64,000 nt of DNA, taken from positions 30,329 through 94,328 of the IMG/VR virus record IMGVR_UViG_3300027797_000020; one strand, given 5' to 3'. The notes beneath the pieces are model-generated. The model made no database searches and was not told where the DNA came from. It was given only the letters and a program-made list of their open reading frames with translations. Positions 19,401 through 29,443 of this stretch are shown piece after piece; positions within the stretch are counted from its first letter, which is position 1, and each line of letters starts with the position of its first letter. Both the position numbers and the translations under genes were made by a program. The DNA is from a virus.

Positions 19401-21437
19401 GGGACTGATGTTAATTGTACTACGGATATTAAAGATAAAAATAATAAAGTTACTGCGATTTCACAAGTTTTTGCGACTGACGCTATGGCTTGTCGTAGGG
19501 TTAAAGTTAAAAGTATAACTGTGACACCGGCACCTGTTACGTCAACAACTACGTTAAAACCTGATGTTGTGGTTACAAATACAAATGGTGCTACAGAAAC
19601 ATTGCCTATAAAACGACCTGAACCACAAAAATCAATTGAACAAAAAATTAAAGAAGGTATTTCTAAAAAAATATTAAGAAATTTATTGTCAGAGTGTGAT
19701 TATTTTGAGGTTATCAAGGAGAATGTTCCGATGTTGTATGATTCGATTAAGGAAAAAATAAAATACTTTAATCCGGCGTTCCACTCTATGACACCTGAAG
19801 GTTTAAATGCTCGTTTGACGTTTTTAAATCAATGTGTTAGACCTGGTGAAACAATACCAATTATTGGTAGTGATGGTAAACCAAAAGTGGCTGATGCGGT
19901 TAACACTTCATTCGGAGCACCGCCCGTTTTAGTTTTACGTGTTGGTGACTTCTACCACACTAAAATCATCCCTGAGACATTATCTATCACTTATGACCCA
20001 TTAGTTCTTGATATGAACCCTGAAGGTATAGGTGTACAACCAATGATTGCCAAAGTGAATTTAAGTTTCAAAATAATTGGTGGTATGGGTCTTGCAAAAC
20101 CTGTGGAACAATTACAAAACGCATTATCGTTCAACTATTACGGTAATACTGAAATATATGATGAAAGAGCGACTTGGACTGAAGATACGTCAGTGTTGGA
20201 TAAAATGGTTGTGGATGCGATTATCGCACAACAACCCCCAACTACGGTAAATAACACAGGTGGTTCACAACAAACAAATGATGCGGGGTCAACAATTGGT
20301 GAGATTAAAAATACAATACCGTTAACCCCTAGTGGTGAGACAGGTGAAATGAGTTATATGAAAATTATGGATAAAGTTTTAGATGACTCTAAAACATATT
20401 TCACAAACATTTATAATTCATTAGAAGAGATTCAAATGAAAACCAACTATGGTATGTTACAATTAGTTAGTAACAAAAGAAATTTTAGTGGTGGTACTTT
20501 AGTTGAGAATGAGGTTGACAAACCTGTTAAAATTTATGGTAAACCTGATTTCCAAGATGATTTAAATGGTTTGTTTGAATTAGTATTAAATGATATTTTA
20601 TCAGGTAATAATCCGGTGATTAGTTTATTAGTTGAAAAAGGGTTTGATGATAATACGACATTGAGTGTTATTAAAGATAATTTGATAAAATATGTTAACA
20701 GTTTAAAAGGTTCAATTTCAAGTGATATTGGTGTTATTGTTAATAGTAAAATTGGTACTGCTCAACAAGATTATATTCAGGACATTCGAAAAATGAACTT
20801 TGTGAATACTAAAACTGATGGTAAAATATTAGATAAAGGTGATTTGAAAATATATAACATTAGTGGTGGTGAATTTCTTGATATGACAAATGATTACGGT
20901 AAACTTAATTTAGCGTTAAACGAATATTATAATTTATTGGGCGTTACAAATGCGATAATACCTCCACCGTATCCGGCTAGTGGTAATTTCTTTTCAGCTA
21001 CTAATTTTGGTGGTAATGATGTTGAGTTTAAACGATTTTTTATAATTGTCGGAAGAATATTTACCGATAAAAATAAAGTAAAAGACTTTACGAATAGAAT
21101 CATTACACCAAATATTTCGACAATTAAAAAACCTAAAAAATTAACCAAAGTGTTTGATGATGTTGTGGATAAATTGGTTGACCTATATAAGGATGAAATT
21201 AAAGAGGAAGATAAAATCTTAGATAAATTCAAGAAAACCTCGGAATTCCAAAAATATACTAAGGGTATTGATGAGATATTGTATAAAAAAGGTAAATCAA
21301 GAATTGTTAAATTTACAACGGTTCCTGACGCTGCTAAAGAGGGTCAACAAAAGACTAACTTAACCAACCTATACAAAGGAGACCCGACTTTAATGGATAA
21401 ATTCAACACCTTTGATGGTAAAATTAAATTTAATTAA
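16404..21437 (+). CDS. Large baseplate/tube-initiator protein with inserted OmpA-like domain
   Basis: Tube-cap-type motifs FSDTSSANW...FLGRPEPIYTY..TSR and APPVLVLRVGDFY...PMIAKVNLSF; internal FYFEND...GSAS...YNKALSERR...CRRV. Confidence 0.6.
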   Translation: MPNSTLSFASTSTFRDALMAKNLSSYGVTGVYTPPSGPLNYEVVLTQSPVVDSPGDLIANDPFANQMYPLNAYGPNGGYNININYNGPLLPVIPNQGPYSPNQSALLLSNNLYLNQLTTSPGVKNLFIPNGGYNYVYNVGEVQNPIHYFLPYGLSTFVPSVYTPYEILSSTNPTGSDGSLSQDSFIARLGAQQLNFLFQERIALEILQSTVGKVNLESLQDPFEASLLATGQEPLIYRNWRITVPESPVTAAFDFATRLSGAYWPVSFIPGDYFDENTKGGQQTQQTSNALNVVNQLTGGFLGPILNKKRNPSQIFLANTGNGQRSVLFSNLDFNRYQPGYKKDYGGILGIGQAIVNLAVSLINPNGTLSGGYYVGSVNSEPSSITSPPNQIPVNPYGEQVSTPVYGPSELGILFEGNDNKLNFGLAGKSLSDGGGIDGGFIWTSPKYKPNAGFHATPGGGSGSKDEEFNQISSQYNKDESTNVDFKENSILDSTQRLIDSADNVSGISRLKHVGNAMNQVSKVFHDGYKEMTKGSQVVSYKDDTTGGEKGIEYCRVFTKDTPYYTYADLQKTDGITISGRRFTNSVLDNTYNLNIAPLKNPGSTNIISGDATGKGGYAKKYMFSIENLAWRTSSRPGYTYDELPVCEKGPNGGRVMWFPPYDLQFSDTSSANWNSTSFLGRPEPIYTYKETSRTGSLSWKIIVDHPSVMNTVVEKQLKGQAKERIDSIIDSFFAGCVKFDIYKLAIKFNTIPTKDLYTYQEILSNPRLTDKETVAEINKAIPKDNSNASGSAVADPANTNSNQTVTPDSSIQDFENKYLDFAFYFENDIPGKNPNTTTTEEYQSTYDSYTSDSNIEKYVKNAESAFNDGNVNKNVKGFFDSVIKSNYNLFAGGDKNFITDAYDILSKGLGTIKIMMEGSASATATVPYNKALSERRLDIVTKFLKSKTIGDKKLGEYFDKGLIKIELSKGSGEQTVIPKTSTETGANGTTGTTEDSGNGTDVNCTTDIKDKNNKVTAISQVFATDAMACRRVKVKSITVTPAPVTSTTTLKPDVVVTNTNGATETLPIKRPEPQKSIEQKIKEGISKKILRNLLSECDYFEVIKENVPMLYDSIKEKIKYFNPAFHSMTPEGLNARLTFLNQCVRPGETIPIIGSDGKPKVADAVNTSFGAPPVLVLRVGDFYHTKIIPETLSITYDPLVLDMNPEGIGVQPMIAKVNLSFKIIGGMGLAKPVEQLQNALSFNYYGNTEIYDERATWTEDTSVLDKMVVDAIIAQQPPTTVNNTGGSQQTNDAGSTIGEIKNTIPLTPSGETGEMSYMKIMDKVLDDSKTYFTNIYNSLEEIQMKTNYGMLQLVSNKRNFSGGTLVENEVDKPVKIYGKPDFQDDLNGLFELVLNDILSGNNPVISLLVEKGFDDNTTLSVIKDNLIKYVNSLKGSISSDIGVIVNSKIGTAQQDYIQDIRKMNFVNTKTDGKILDKGDLKIYNISGGEFLDMTNDYGKLNLALNEYYNLLGVTNAIIPPPYPASGNFFSATNFGGNDVEFKRFFIIVGRIFTDKNKVKDFTNRIITPNISTIKKPKKLTKVFDDVVDKLVDLYKDEIKEEDKILDKFKKTSEFQKYTKGIDEILYKKGKSRIVKFTTVPDAAKEGQQKTNLTNLYKGDPTLMDKFNTFDGKIKFN

Positions 21438-21439
21438 TT

Positions 21440-21766
21440 ATGGGTGGAAGACAATATTATAATAGATATGGTAATTTTATCGTAAATGGTCAACAAACAG
21501 TTGTACCATTTGTTGATTTACCAAGCAAAAGTACCGATAAACGATACATTTACAAAGTGGGTCAATCTCGATTAGATAAGATTTCACAACAATATTATGG
21601 GACACCTTACTTTGGTTGGTTGATTATGTCCGCAAATGCTAAATTTGGTGGTCAAGAATGGAACATTACTGATGGTTCTATATTGACAATTCCATTTCCT
21701 TTAGTAGCTTCATTACAGGATTATAACAATCAATTAGAAAATCATTTCTTTTATTATGGTAGGTAA
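21440..21766 (+). CDS. Baseplate wedge protein, LysM-like (T4 gp53 / P2 gpX-like)
   Basis: RLDKISQQYYGTPYFGWLIMSAN...GSILTIP. Confidence 0.8.
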   Translation: MGGRQYYNRYGNFIVNGQQTVVPFVDLPSKSTDKRYIYKVGQSRLDKISQQYYGTPYFGWLIMSANAKFGGQEWNITDGSILTIPFPLVASLQDYNNQLENHFFYYGR

Positions 21767-24700
21767 AACAGAAAATATATTAGTCGATTTTGACTACAAT
21801 AACATAACGATAGTGGACCCTAACAAAGTGTTAGGTGAAGATGGGAAGGCGAAAGAACGTTATGTAAATCAAGAGGATTTGGTAATGTATGCGAATTTAG
21901 AGTGTAAGGTATTGCCAAGAACTAAATTAGCTGCGGGTGTTGCGGCAAATGATAGAGTACAAAATTTATCAATCGCGACCATTAATTTTTTAAAGCCTGG
22001 TGATAAAGAATTTTTGGATAATAGTTACACCGATGAATTAACAGGTCAAAATAGTTTACAAGGGAATGGTGTTAATCAACCTAATCAAAAACAAGTACCG
22101 TCAAACCCTAAAAAAGGTGAAGATTGGTATTTGAGACAAACGATAAAATCAAACGGTGTTGATGCCGCTACGGATAATGGTTTATTAGGTATCTCTAAAA
22201 TTAATATCCGACAAGGTTTGGACTTTATGCCAACATTTAACATTGAGTTAATTGATGTTAAAGGTCGTGCGTTGTTTGAGGCTGGAAATAGTTCCCCATA
22301 CGCGGCTTTCTTTAATATGCCATACCCTATGTTCGAATTGACAGTTAAAGGGTTTTACGGTAAAGCAATTAAGTATAAACTGATGTTAAAATCATTCAAT
22401 GCAAGGTACGATTCATATAGTAGTAACTTCGTAATTGATTTGATTTTCTACACTTATAAATTCAGTTCAATTGCTGAGGTTTCGATGGCTTATTTATTAG
22501 CCGTTCCACATATGTATACTTCAAGATATTCGGTTAAACAGACAAGTGGTGGTTCAAGTAATTTAACCAATGTTAGTGATGTTACCGCAACTAAAGGGTT
22601 TGGTAAGATTAAGGAAATGTATACCGAGTATAAAACAAAAGGATTAATTCCTGAAAATTTTCCTGAACTAACAATAGTTAGGATGAGAAATAATATTGAA
22701 AATTTTGTTAAAAACATATTAGATTCATTTACTAAACAAAATTTAGACCCATTGACTGATATTGAAAATTATCAGAAAAAATTAAATGAGTTTAAAGGTA
22801 AAGTTGTTTATTACGACACAACTTCTTGGGTTGACAAGTATATGGATAAAGTGAACTTTTTAATTATTGATAATCCTGTAACAGGAACTGTTAATTCAAT
22901 AACTAATAAAGTTGTGCCACAGACTAATAACACTAATGGAAATAGTGGTAACTATCTTAAAATATATACCTTTAAACAACAATTCAAACCTAATGAAAGG
23001 AATAATGCCATAACTGAGTTAAAGGCAATTCTAACTGAATATAAAAAAGTTTTGGGTGAGAATGACACATTAGGTACTAAAGGTTCTTACACTATTGATG
23101 GTAAAACAACAAATTCAAGTATTCCAATTGATATTAAAGATAATATATTTGAGATTACATTTACTGAGGACCAATTAAATACTTTAGAAACTTATAGACA
23201 AGTTAAAGGGGTTAAGACAGACCCAACTGAAGCTGAATTAACAAAATTTAAAGCTGAATTGGTTGAGAAAAAATATCTTAATAACCAAGTTATTGTAGTT
23301 AAAGATGGTAACCCTGTTCCAAAATTTGATTGGTTTTATTTTGAAGGTAAAAATAGTTTTATTGATAAAGTTGCTGATTTAGGTGTTCAAACCAATAAAT
23401 GGAGAGAAAAAATCCAAAGTGAGTTAACTGATGCTTTGGCGAAATTACTACAAAGTAGTGACAACGGTATTGGGTTTGTTCCTAATATTAGAAATGTGTT
23501 GGCGGTTATTTTTGCGAATGGTGAAGCGTTTTTACGTTTAATGGATGACGTACACTCAACTGCTTGGGAACAAAGATTACATCCACTACGTAAAAAACCT
23601 ATATTTGAAAATACGGTATCAAACGCCAATCCTGATAACCTTAGTTCAGGAACTAATGACTTATTACCTGTTTATCCTTGGCCAACTTATATGGTGATGA
23701 CTAACGGTGAAAATGGTCACGAAAAATTTGAACATAGATATCCGGGTGATAGTGATGTGATTGGGTCAACTAATGGTGATTTATTAAATGTTTGGCCTGA
23801 GATTGAATTTGTTGAGGAGTTTTTAAAAGGTTTTACTGCGAGAGCAACTGAACCTCAATTACCTACTTCTAAAACAAATGAAGTAACCGATATACAACGA
23901 GTTACATTAAACGCTATTGAGTTCCCAATTTCGAACACCGTATTCCAAAATAAAGAAGAAGTTAAATATTTTTACGAAATATTTGAAAGAATAACATTTT
24001 TAGCAAACTACTCAAGATTAAGTAGAACTAATGATTTCATTTCGATTGCCGATAAGACCGCTAATTTAATTGCGGAGAGTGAGGTTATTAACGTTAAAGA
24101 AAGTTTAAGTAATGATAATCCATTCTTAATTAAAAAGTTAAAAGAGTACTCATTAAATTCCCAAAACTTTGTCCAAGTATTGGAACACATATCAAATCAA
24201 GGTGTTGGTGTGAGTTGGCAAAACTATATTAGAGGAATTTATAATACGCCATACATTAATCAATTATCAAAATCCGATAACTTTGTCTTTATGGATGAAG
24301 CGGTGTTGAATAGTTCATTATCGCAACCAAACGTTAGTTTAACTAAAGAGGACGAGTTTATTGACTTTTTAACTGGGTCAACGACAAGTAATTCATTTGA
24401 TATTTTAGACACATACCCATTTGTTGATACGAGTTGGTGTAAAAAAAACTTATCAGATGGTAGTTCTGTCTCATTAAGTAGAGATGCGTTTAACACGACT
24501 AAAACATTATCTTTTGATAAGAAATATAAAACGATAACAAGTTTCTCAATAAATGACTCAGCGTATCCTGTCACTAACTTTGTTTACAAGGGTAGTATTG
24601 ATATGCCAAATCCTGATAATTATGCGACTTTTGAGGATTTCTATAATATTAGAAAACCTGAATCACAAATCATAACTGAGGGTAATTTATCTTATAACAA

Positions 24701-27700
24701 TTATAGTGGGTTTGTTAGTTCGGAACAAACAATCTCAATGTTGAACACTCCGTATTTTGTGAATTCAATACAAGAGGGGGTTGCAAATTTTAGAAATTAC
24801 GATAAACATCCATTTGTTTCGGCGGGGTATTTGTTCTTAAACAGTTTACCGTTATCGACATTACGTGAGAAGAATAAAAAATATGACAATGGGACTACAT
24901 TGGACCTTGATTATATTTTTGCAGGTTTGAAAAAGTTTGGGGCGTTACATAAATTACCATACGCTTGGATTGTTAAGTTAGGTTCTGTTTGGCATCGTTA
25001 TAAACGATATGTTAATGATGGGGTTGACATCTTAGATGGTGTATGGAAAAATTTTGATTATGTTACCAATTTTGACCCTGTTACTTCAGCAAAAACTAAA
25101 GATTATACTTTCACAGTTAACGGGGGAACAATTGATATTATATTAGAAAAAAATAGTACATTTGGGACTGATACTACGACATTAATTAATACAGGATTTT
25201 ATCCAAAACTAATAAATGATTTTAACGTCTTTTATCAAGGGTTTAATGTGTTTTCAGGTTATACTAGTGGTGATATCCAAGATGGTGTTGATAAATACGG
25301 ATTAGGATTACAATACGTTGATAGTGCATCAATTACGGGTATAAAAACATTTGACCCAGGAAATCCGAATCGTGATTTAAGAATAAATCCTTGGTCGGTT
25401 TATGTTGAGTCATTAGACGGTGCCAATATATTCCCAATGCCGTCAATGGGTGTAATTAGAAATCAAACTCAGGATGAATGTTTTCAATATGGTGATTTAA
25501 GAATTGAGGTAACCGGAAACACTTCAATGTATAATGGTTCTGTTAGAACATTTTGGGGAGCCCCAACTTATGGGTATTTTGATAGTGGTAGGGTTATGAA
25601 ACCAAGTCCAACAAATTATTTAAAACAAATATTAACGGGAAGTTCAATTCAAGAGAATTTTGCAATTAAAGGGAATTTAAGTAATTACTCAGAGATTAGT
25701 GAAATATTTTCAGTATTTGAAACGGACATACTTGATATGTTTGAGACCAAATTTTTAGATTTTTGTAAATCACAATATGATATTGATGATACTATTGATT
25801 ATGGGATTAATTTCCAAAAATTAATGGTAAGTATGATGAATACTCCAACACAAACAGGTAATACTCCAAGTGAAATTGTTGAGAATATTCAAAACCAACA
25901 GTATGTTAATATTACTAACACTATCACTAAGTTTATTGAGACAAATATGTACATTAAGTACGGTAACCCCTCAAATTACGATAAGAAATTATTTTATTCG
26001 TTTTCAAATTATGATATTACGGACCCATATACTTGGGAAAAATATACCTCAGTAACACCGACCGCATTACCATATAATGGTGGTGGAATTACATTGGCAT
26101 CGTCAAAGGTGAACTACCCTAATGAATGGAAAGCGTTAGAGACTTATGTTGGGTATTCGGAAATTAGTCAATTATCTTACTCAAACAATGGGTCTTATAT
26201 TACTGATTTCTTTTTAGATTTTAATGTTGCGTTTACGGAATATAATGTTAAAACATTTGCACCAATAATTAAGATTTATGCAACGCAAAAATTAAATGAA
26301 ACACTTGCGGGTTCTTCATTACCCACAACTACGGACAATGAAAACTCATATGCTATTTTAAAAGATGGTAATAAAGTTGAGGTTTTTGTTGGTCCTGGCC
26401 CTAACAAAACTGCCGCATTATTTAAACCTGATAATACTGTAATATTAGGTGGGGCTCCAAGTCTACAAACGGATGATTTAATTTTAATTGAGGAAATGGT
26501 CTTAAAGTACTATGGACCGTTAGGGTTACAAACTAACCCAATTATTACTAAAAAAATTAGACCAAAGAAATTACTTTCAAGTCCTGTACCAAAATCTAAT
26601 TTTAATCAAATTAATTTTAAGGCGTTGATGGATTTATACGTTCAATCATCAAGTAAGTTCCAAGACAGGGTTTTAAATAATTTAATGTTAAGATTACAGG
26701 TTATATTACCTGACGTAAATAATACGCCACAACCAACTGTTGATTCGGTACTTAAAGGTTCTCAAGGTAAACTTGATAAGTGGGATAGTTTCAAATCATT
26801 AAATGATAAATGGATTGCCGGGGCTGACTTTAAAAACAAGACGTTATTTGAAGATGTGTTGTTACTTGACAGGGCTAGTCGAAATATTGGGGATAAAGTA
26901 TTGGTTGATATCTATAAATTAAAACATAGGTTAGATACTTTGTTTCAAGACGGGACTAAGGTGGATATGTTATCGTTTGTTGAATCAATATTGATGGAGA
27001 ATAACTTTGTGGTGATGAATTTACCGGCATATGTTAACTTCTATAACGTTCAAGATGCGGTTAAGAACTCAAATCCAAGACCTGAAGGTACTTTGGAATT
27101 TGCTAACACTATGTTTGGTACATTTATGAATGTTGATACTCGTGATTCGTCAGCTAAAATGGTTTGTACGTTTGCTGGTAAACCAAGTGAGACAGTTGCA
27201 ATTAAAAACGTTGATTTTAAATTTAGGGATGATGCCTTTGATATTAGAAAATCAAGTGATAACCCATTGATTGAAAATCAAATTGGTAAAAAAGATTGGG
27301 ATAAATCAAATAAGGTTGTTGGGTTTAATGTTGATATTGGACCACAAAACCAATCAATATTCTACGGGTTTAATGTGTCTCAACAAAATGGTAAAGCAAC
27401 TGCGGAATCGTTGGAGGTTGAAAACCAAATGGCGAATCAATCGTCAGGTAAAGGGTCGGCGACTCAAAACATTTCATTATATAACCTTTATAAAAATAGA
27501 AGTTATACTTGTACAATATCAATGATGGGTAACGCACTGATTCAACCAACAATGTATTTCAATTTAAGACACGTTCCAATGTTTTATGGTCCATATATGA
27601 TAACATCGGTTAACCATACAATAGGACCTGGAACTTTCGAAACTATTGTTGAAGGGATTAGACAACCAACCGCATCGTTACCAAAAATTGATGATTATAT

Positions 27701-28433
27701 TCAAACATTAAAAACAAATTTATTGGCTTCAATTGTTGAAAAAAATAAACAAAAAAATGAGGAAGATAGTAAAACGATGGCGAATTCTGTAGGTGGTACA
27801 ACTCAAAATCAAACATCAAATGCAGTTGCGTCTACTAGTGAAGACAAGAAATTAGAACCTTCTAATACTTGTTCGGAGTTATTATCTGAAAAATATAAAA
27901 AATACACACCTGTTGACGCACCACAAGAAACTAGTATAAATCCTAAAGATTTAGTGACGAAAATTTTATCACGAATGGCGAATGCTAATTTTTCGGATGA
28001 TGGTAAATTAAAGTATGTGATATTCGCAACTATAGTATTGTCAAGTACGGGTAGTGATGTTTATAAATCATATGAAAATGATTTTTCAGGTGTTGATTTA
28101 TCAAGGGATTGGGGGATTATTGATTCGTTTGAATCGAAGTATTATTGTATGAAAAGTGGGGGGTCAACATTATTACCTTACGCCGTCTTTAGCTCTATTG
28201 ATAAAAATATTGATATGTTAATTAATAGATTTAAAACTAGAATGTCAACCGTTAAACCTGATAATGAAGGTAAGATTGCTCCGTCAATTGCTGAGTTTTG
28301 GTTTAAAAATAGATTACCTGAGAAGAAAGATGTTGAGACTGCGGAATGGAGTAAAGTTTCTGAAACTGACCAAACAAATATAATTAATCAAGTTACCTCA
28401 TCAATAACTCTATTTAAAACATTAAACCCATAA
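21756..28433 (+). CDS. Giant baseplate hub protein (gp27/gpD-like), 2225 aa
   Basis: N-terminal 'LLGISKINI...IELIDVKG' and late 'YTCTISMMGNALIQP...FYGPYMITSVNHTI..G.FET' hub-type motifs; follows the gp53-like gene. Confidence 0.65.
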   Translation: MVGKTENILVDFDYNNITIVDPNKVLGEDGKAKERYVNQEDLVMYANLECKVLPRTKLAAGVAANDRVQNLSIATINFLKPGDKEFLDNSYTDELTGQNSLQGNGVNQPNQKQVPSNPKKGEDWYLRQTIKSNGVDAATDNGLLGISKINIRQGLDFMPTFNIELIDVKGRALFEAGNSSPYAAFFNMPYPMFELTVKGFYGKAIKYKLMLKSFNARYDSYSSNFVIDLIFYTYKFSSIAEVSMAYLLAVPHMYTSRYSVKQTSGGSSNLTNVSDVTATKGFGKIKEMYTEYKTKGLIPENFPELTIVRMRNNIENFVKNILDSFTKQNLDPLTDIENYQKKLNEFKGKVVYYDTTSWVDKYMDKVNFLIIDNPVTGTVNSITNKVVPQTNNTNGNSGNYLKIYTFKQQFKPNERNNAITELKAILTEYKKVLGENDTLGTKGSYTIDGKTTNSSIPIDIKDNIFEITFTEDQLNTLETYRQVKGVKTDPTEAELTKFKAELVEKKYLNNQVIVVKDGNPVPKFDWFYFEGKNSFIDKVADLGVQTNKWREKIQSELTDALAKLLQSSDNGIGFVPNIRNVLAVIFANGEAFLRLMDDVHSTAWEQRLHPLRKKPIFENTVSNANPDNLSSGTNDLLPVYPWPTYMVMTNGENGHEKFEHRYPGDSDVIGSTNGDLLNVWPEIEFVEEFLKGFTARATEPQLPTSKTNEVTDIQRVTLNAIEFPISNTVFQNKEEVKYFYEIFERITFLANYSRLSRTNDFISIADKTANLIAESEVINVKESLSNDNPFLIKKLKEYSLNSQNFVQVLEHISNQGVGVSWQNYIRGIYNTPYINQLSKSDNFVFMDEAVLNSSLSQPNVSLTKEDEFIDFLTGSTTSNSFDILDTYPFVDTSWCKKNLSDGSSVSLSRDAFNTTKTLSFDKKYKTITSFSINDSAYPVTNFVYKGSIDMPNPDNYATFEDFYNIRKPESQIITEGNLSYNNYSGFVSSEQTISMLNTPYFVNSIQEGVANFRNYDKHPFVSAGYLFLNSLPLSTLREKNKKYDNGTTLDLDYIFAGLKKFGALHKLPYAWIVKLGSVWHRYKRYVNDGVDILDGVWKNFDYVTNFDPVTSAKTKDYTFTVNGGTIDIILEKNSTFGTDTTTLINTGFYPKLINDFNVFYQGFNVFSGYTSGDIQDGVDKYGLGLQYVDSASITGIKTFDPGNPNRDLRINPWSVYVESLDGANIFPMPSMGVIRNQTQDECFQYGDLRIEVTGNTSMYNGSVRTFWGAPTYGYFDSGRVMKPSPTNYLKQILTGSSIQENFAIKGNLSNYSEISEIFSVFETDILDMFETKFLDFCKSQYDIDDTIDYGINFQKLMVSMMNTPTQTGNTPSEIVENIQNQQYVNITNTITKFIETNMYIKYGNPSNYDKKLFYSFSNYDITDPYTWEKYTSVTPTALPYNGGGITLASSKVNYPNEWKALETYVGYSEISQLSYSNNGSYITDFFLDFNVAFTEYNVKTFAPIIKIYATQKLNETLAGSSLPTTTDNENSYAILKDGNKVEVFVGPGPNKTAALFKPDNTVILGGAPSLQTDDLILIEEMVLKYYGPLGLQTNPIITKKIRPKKLLSSPVPKSNFNQINFKALMDLYVQSSSKFQDRVLNNLMLRLQVILPDVNNTPQPTVDSVLKGSQGKLDKWDSFKSLNDKWIAGADFKNKTLFEDVLLLDRASRNIGDKVLVDIYKLKHRLDTLFQDGTKVDMLSFVESILMENNFVVMNLPAYVNFYNVQDAVKNSNPRPEGTLEFANTMFGTFMNVDTRDSSAKMVCTFAGKPSETVAIKNVDFKFRDDAFDIRKSSDNPLIENQIGKKDWDKSNKVVGFNVDIGPQNQSIFYGFNVSQQNGKATAESLEVENQMANQSSGKGSATQNISLYNLYKNRSYTCTISMMGNALIQPTMYFNLRHVPMFYGPYMITSVNHTIGPGTFETIVEGIRQPTASLPKIDDYIQTLKTNLLASIVEKNKQKNEEDSKTMANSVGGTTQNQTSNAVASTSEDKKLEPSNTCSELLSEKYKKYTPVDAPQETSINPKDLVTKILSRMANANFSDDGKLKYVIFATIVLSSTGSDVYKSYENDFSGVDLSRDWGIIDSFESKYYCMKSGGSTLLPYAVFSSIDKNIDMLINRFKTRMSTVKPDNEGKIAPSIAEFWFKNRLPEKKDVETAEWSKVSETDQTNIINQVTSSITLFKTLNP

Positions 28434-28475
28434 ATTTTTTAGATAACAAAGATATTTATTAATAAACATACAATT

Positions 28476-28700
28476 ATGAATACAAAATTAATTTTAGATA
28501 GTTATTTGGGTAAAAATACCCGTCACACAGAAAAAGATGCCGGTAATGGATTTAAAGAAGTGTGTGATTTAGACACAGGTGATTGTTACACAATTAGAAT
28601 GAAAGATGGTCTAATTGAAAGAGTTGACAATACTATGAACACAAATAAAAAAATACAAGTAGAAACACGCTCAGGTGTTAAACAACTTTTAAATGGGTAA
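28476..28700 (+). CDS. Hypothetical protein, 74 aa
   Basis: ORF with upstream TATTTAT motif; CDLDTGDC. Confidence 0.7.
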   Translation: MNTKLILDSYLGKNTRHTEKDAGNGFKEVCDLDTGDCYTIRMKDGLIERVDNTMNTNKKIQVETRSGVKQLLNG

Positions 28701-28707
28701 TAATAAT

Positions 28708-29382
28708 ATGAATATTGATGCGAGAATTTTAGAAGAGTTATCAAGATTTAACTCTATTAATAAATATATTAATGAACAAGAATTACCTCCACCACCGGCA
28801 GAAGACCCGTTAGCGGGAGCTCCGGCAGACCCATTAGCGGGAGGAATACCACCGGCAGACCCATTAGCAGGAGGAACTCCACCTCCACCACCTGCAGCGG
28901 GAGCACCTGCGGCGGGAGCGACACCACAACCTGTTGATGTTGAAGCGGACCCTGATGTTGAAAAAGTTGGTGATGAATCGGGTAAAGAGGAATTGGAAAT
29001 AACTGACTTAGTTAAATCTCAAAAAAATGTTGAGAAAAAACAAGAAGAGTATTTTGAACAATTATTTGGTCACTTGGAAAACTTAGAAAGTAAATTAGGT
29101 GAAATGGATGAGATAGTTAATAAACTAAATAGTCTTGAGGCTAAGGTTGAGAAATACCGTGAAAAAACACCTCAAGAGAAATTAGAACTTAAAACTTTAG
29201 ATTCAGGACCTTTCAACCAAAAACTTTCAGATTTCTTCATTGATAAACAAGAAGATATGGAAAAATCAGGTAAAAATGAATATGTTCTTACAACTGATGA
29301 GGTTAAAGACTTCTCACCTAACGAAATTCAAAAGACTTTTAGAGATTTTGATGATGAAGAAGGTTACAAGAATAATTTTTAA
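28708..29382 (+). CDS. Acidic Pro/Ala-rich coiled-coil protein (possible head scaffold/core protein)
   Basis: ILEE/INEQE leader, ADPLAG repeats, central heptad coiled coil; alternative ATG at 28693. Confidence 0.6.
   Translation: MNIDARILEELSRFNSINKYINEQELPPPPAEDPLAGAPADPLAGGIPPADPLAGGTPPPPPAAGAPAAGATPQPVDVEADPDVEKVGDESGKEELEITDLVKSQKNVEKKQEEYFEQLFGHLENLESKLGEMDEIVNKLNSLEAKVEKYREKTPQEKLELKTLDSGPFNQKLSDFFIDKQEDMEKSGKNEYVLTTDEVKDFSPNEIQKTFRDFDDEEGYKNNF
28786..28925 (+). repeat. Pro/Ala low-complexity tandem repeat (DPLAG x3)
   Basis: gacccrttagcrggag repeated at about 24-30 nt spacing, flanked by poly-Pro. Confidence 0.75.
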
Positions 29383-29402
29383 TAGATAACACATTGGAAA
29401 TG

Positions 29403-29433
29403 AACTTGTCTATAAAAAAGACAAGTTTTTTTT
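29403..29433 (+). terminator. Rho-independent terminator ending the tail/baseplate unit
   Basis: AACTTGTCT-N7-AGACAAGTT followed by T-run. Confidence 0.75.
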
Positions 29434-29443
29434 CCTAAAAAAT

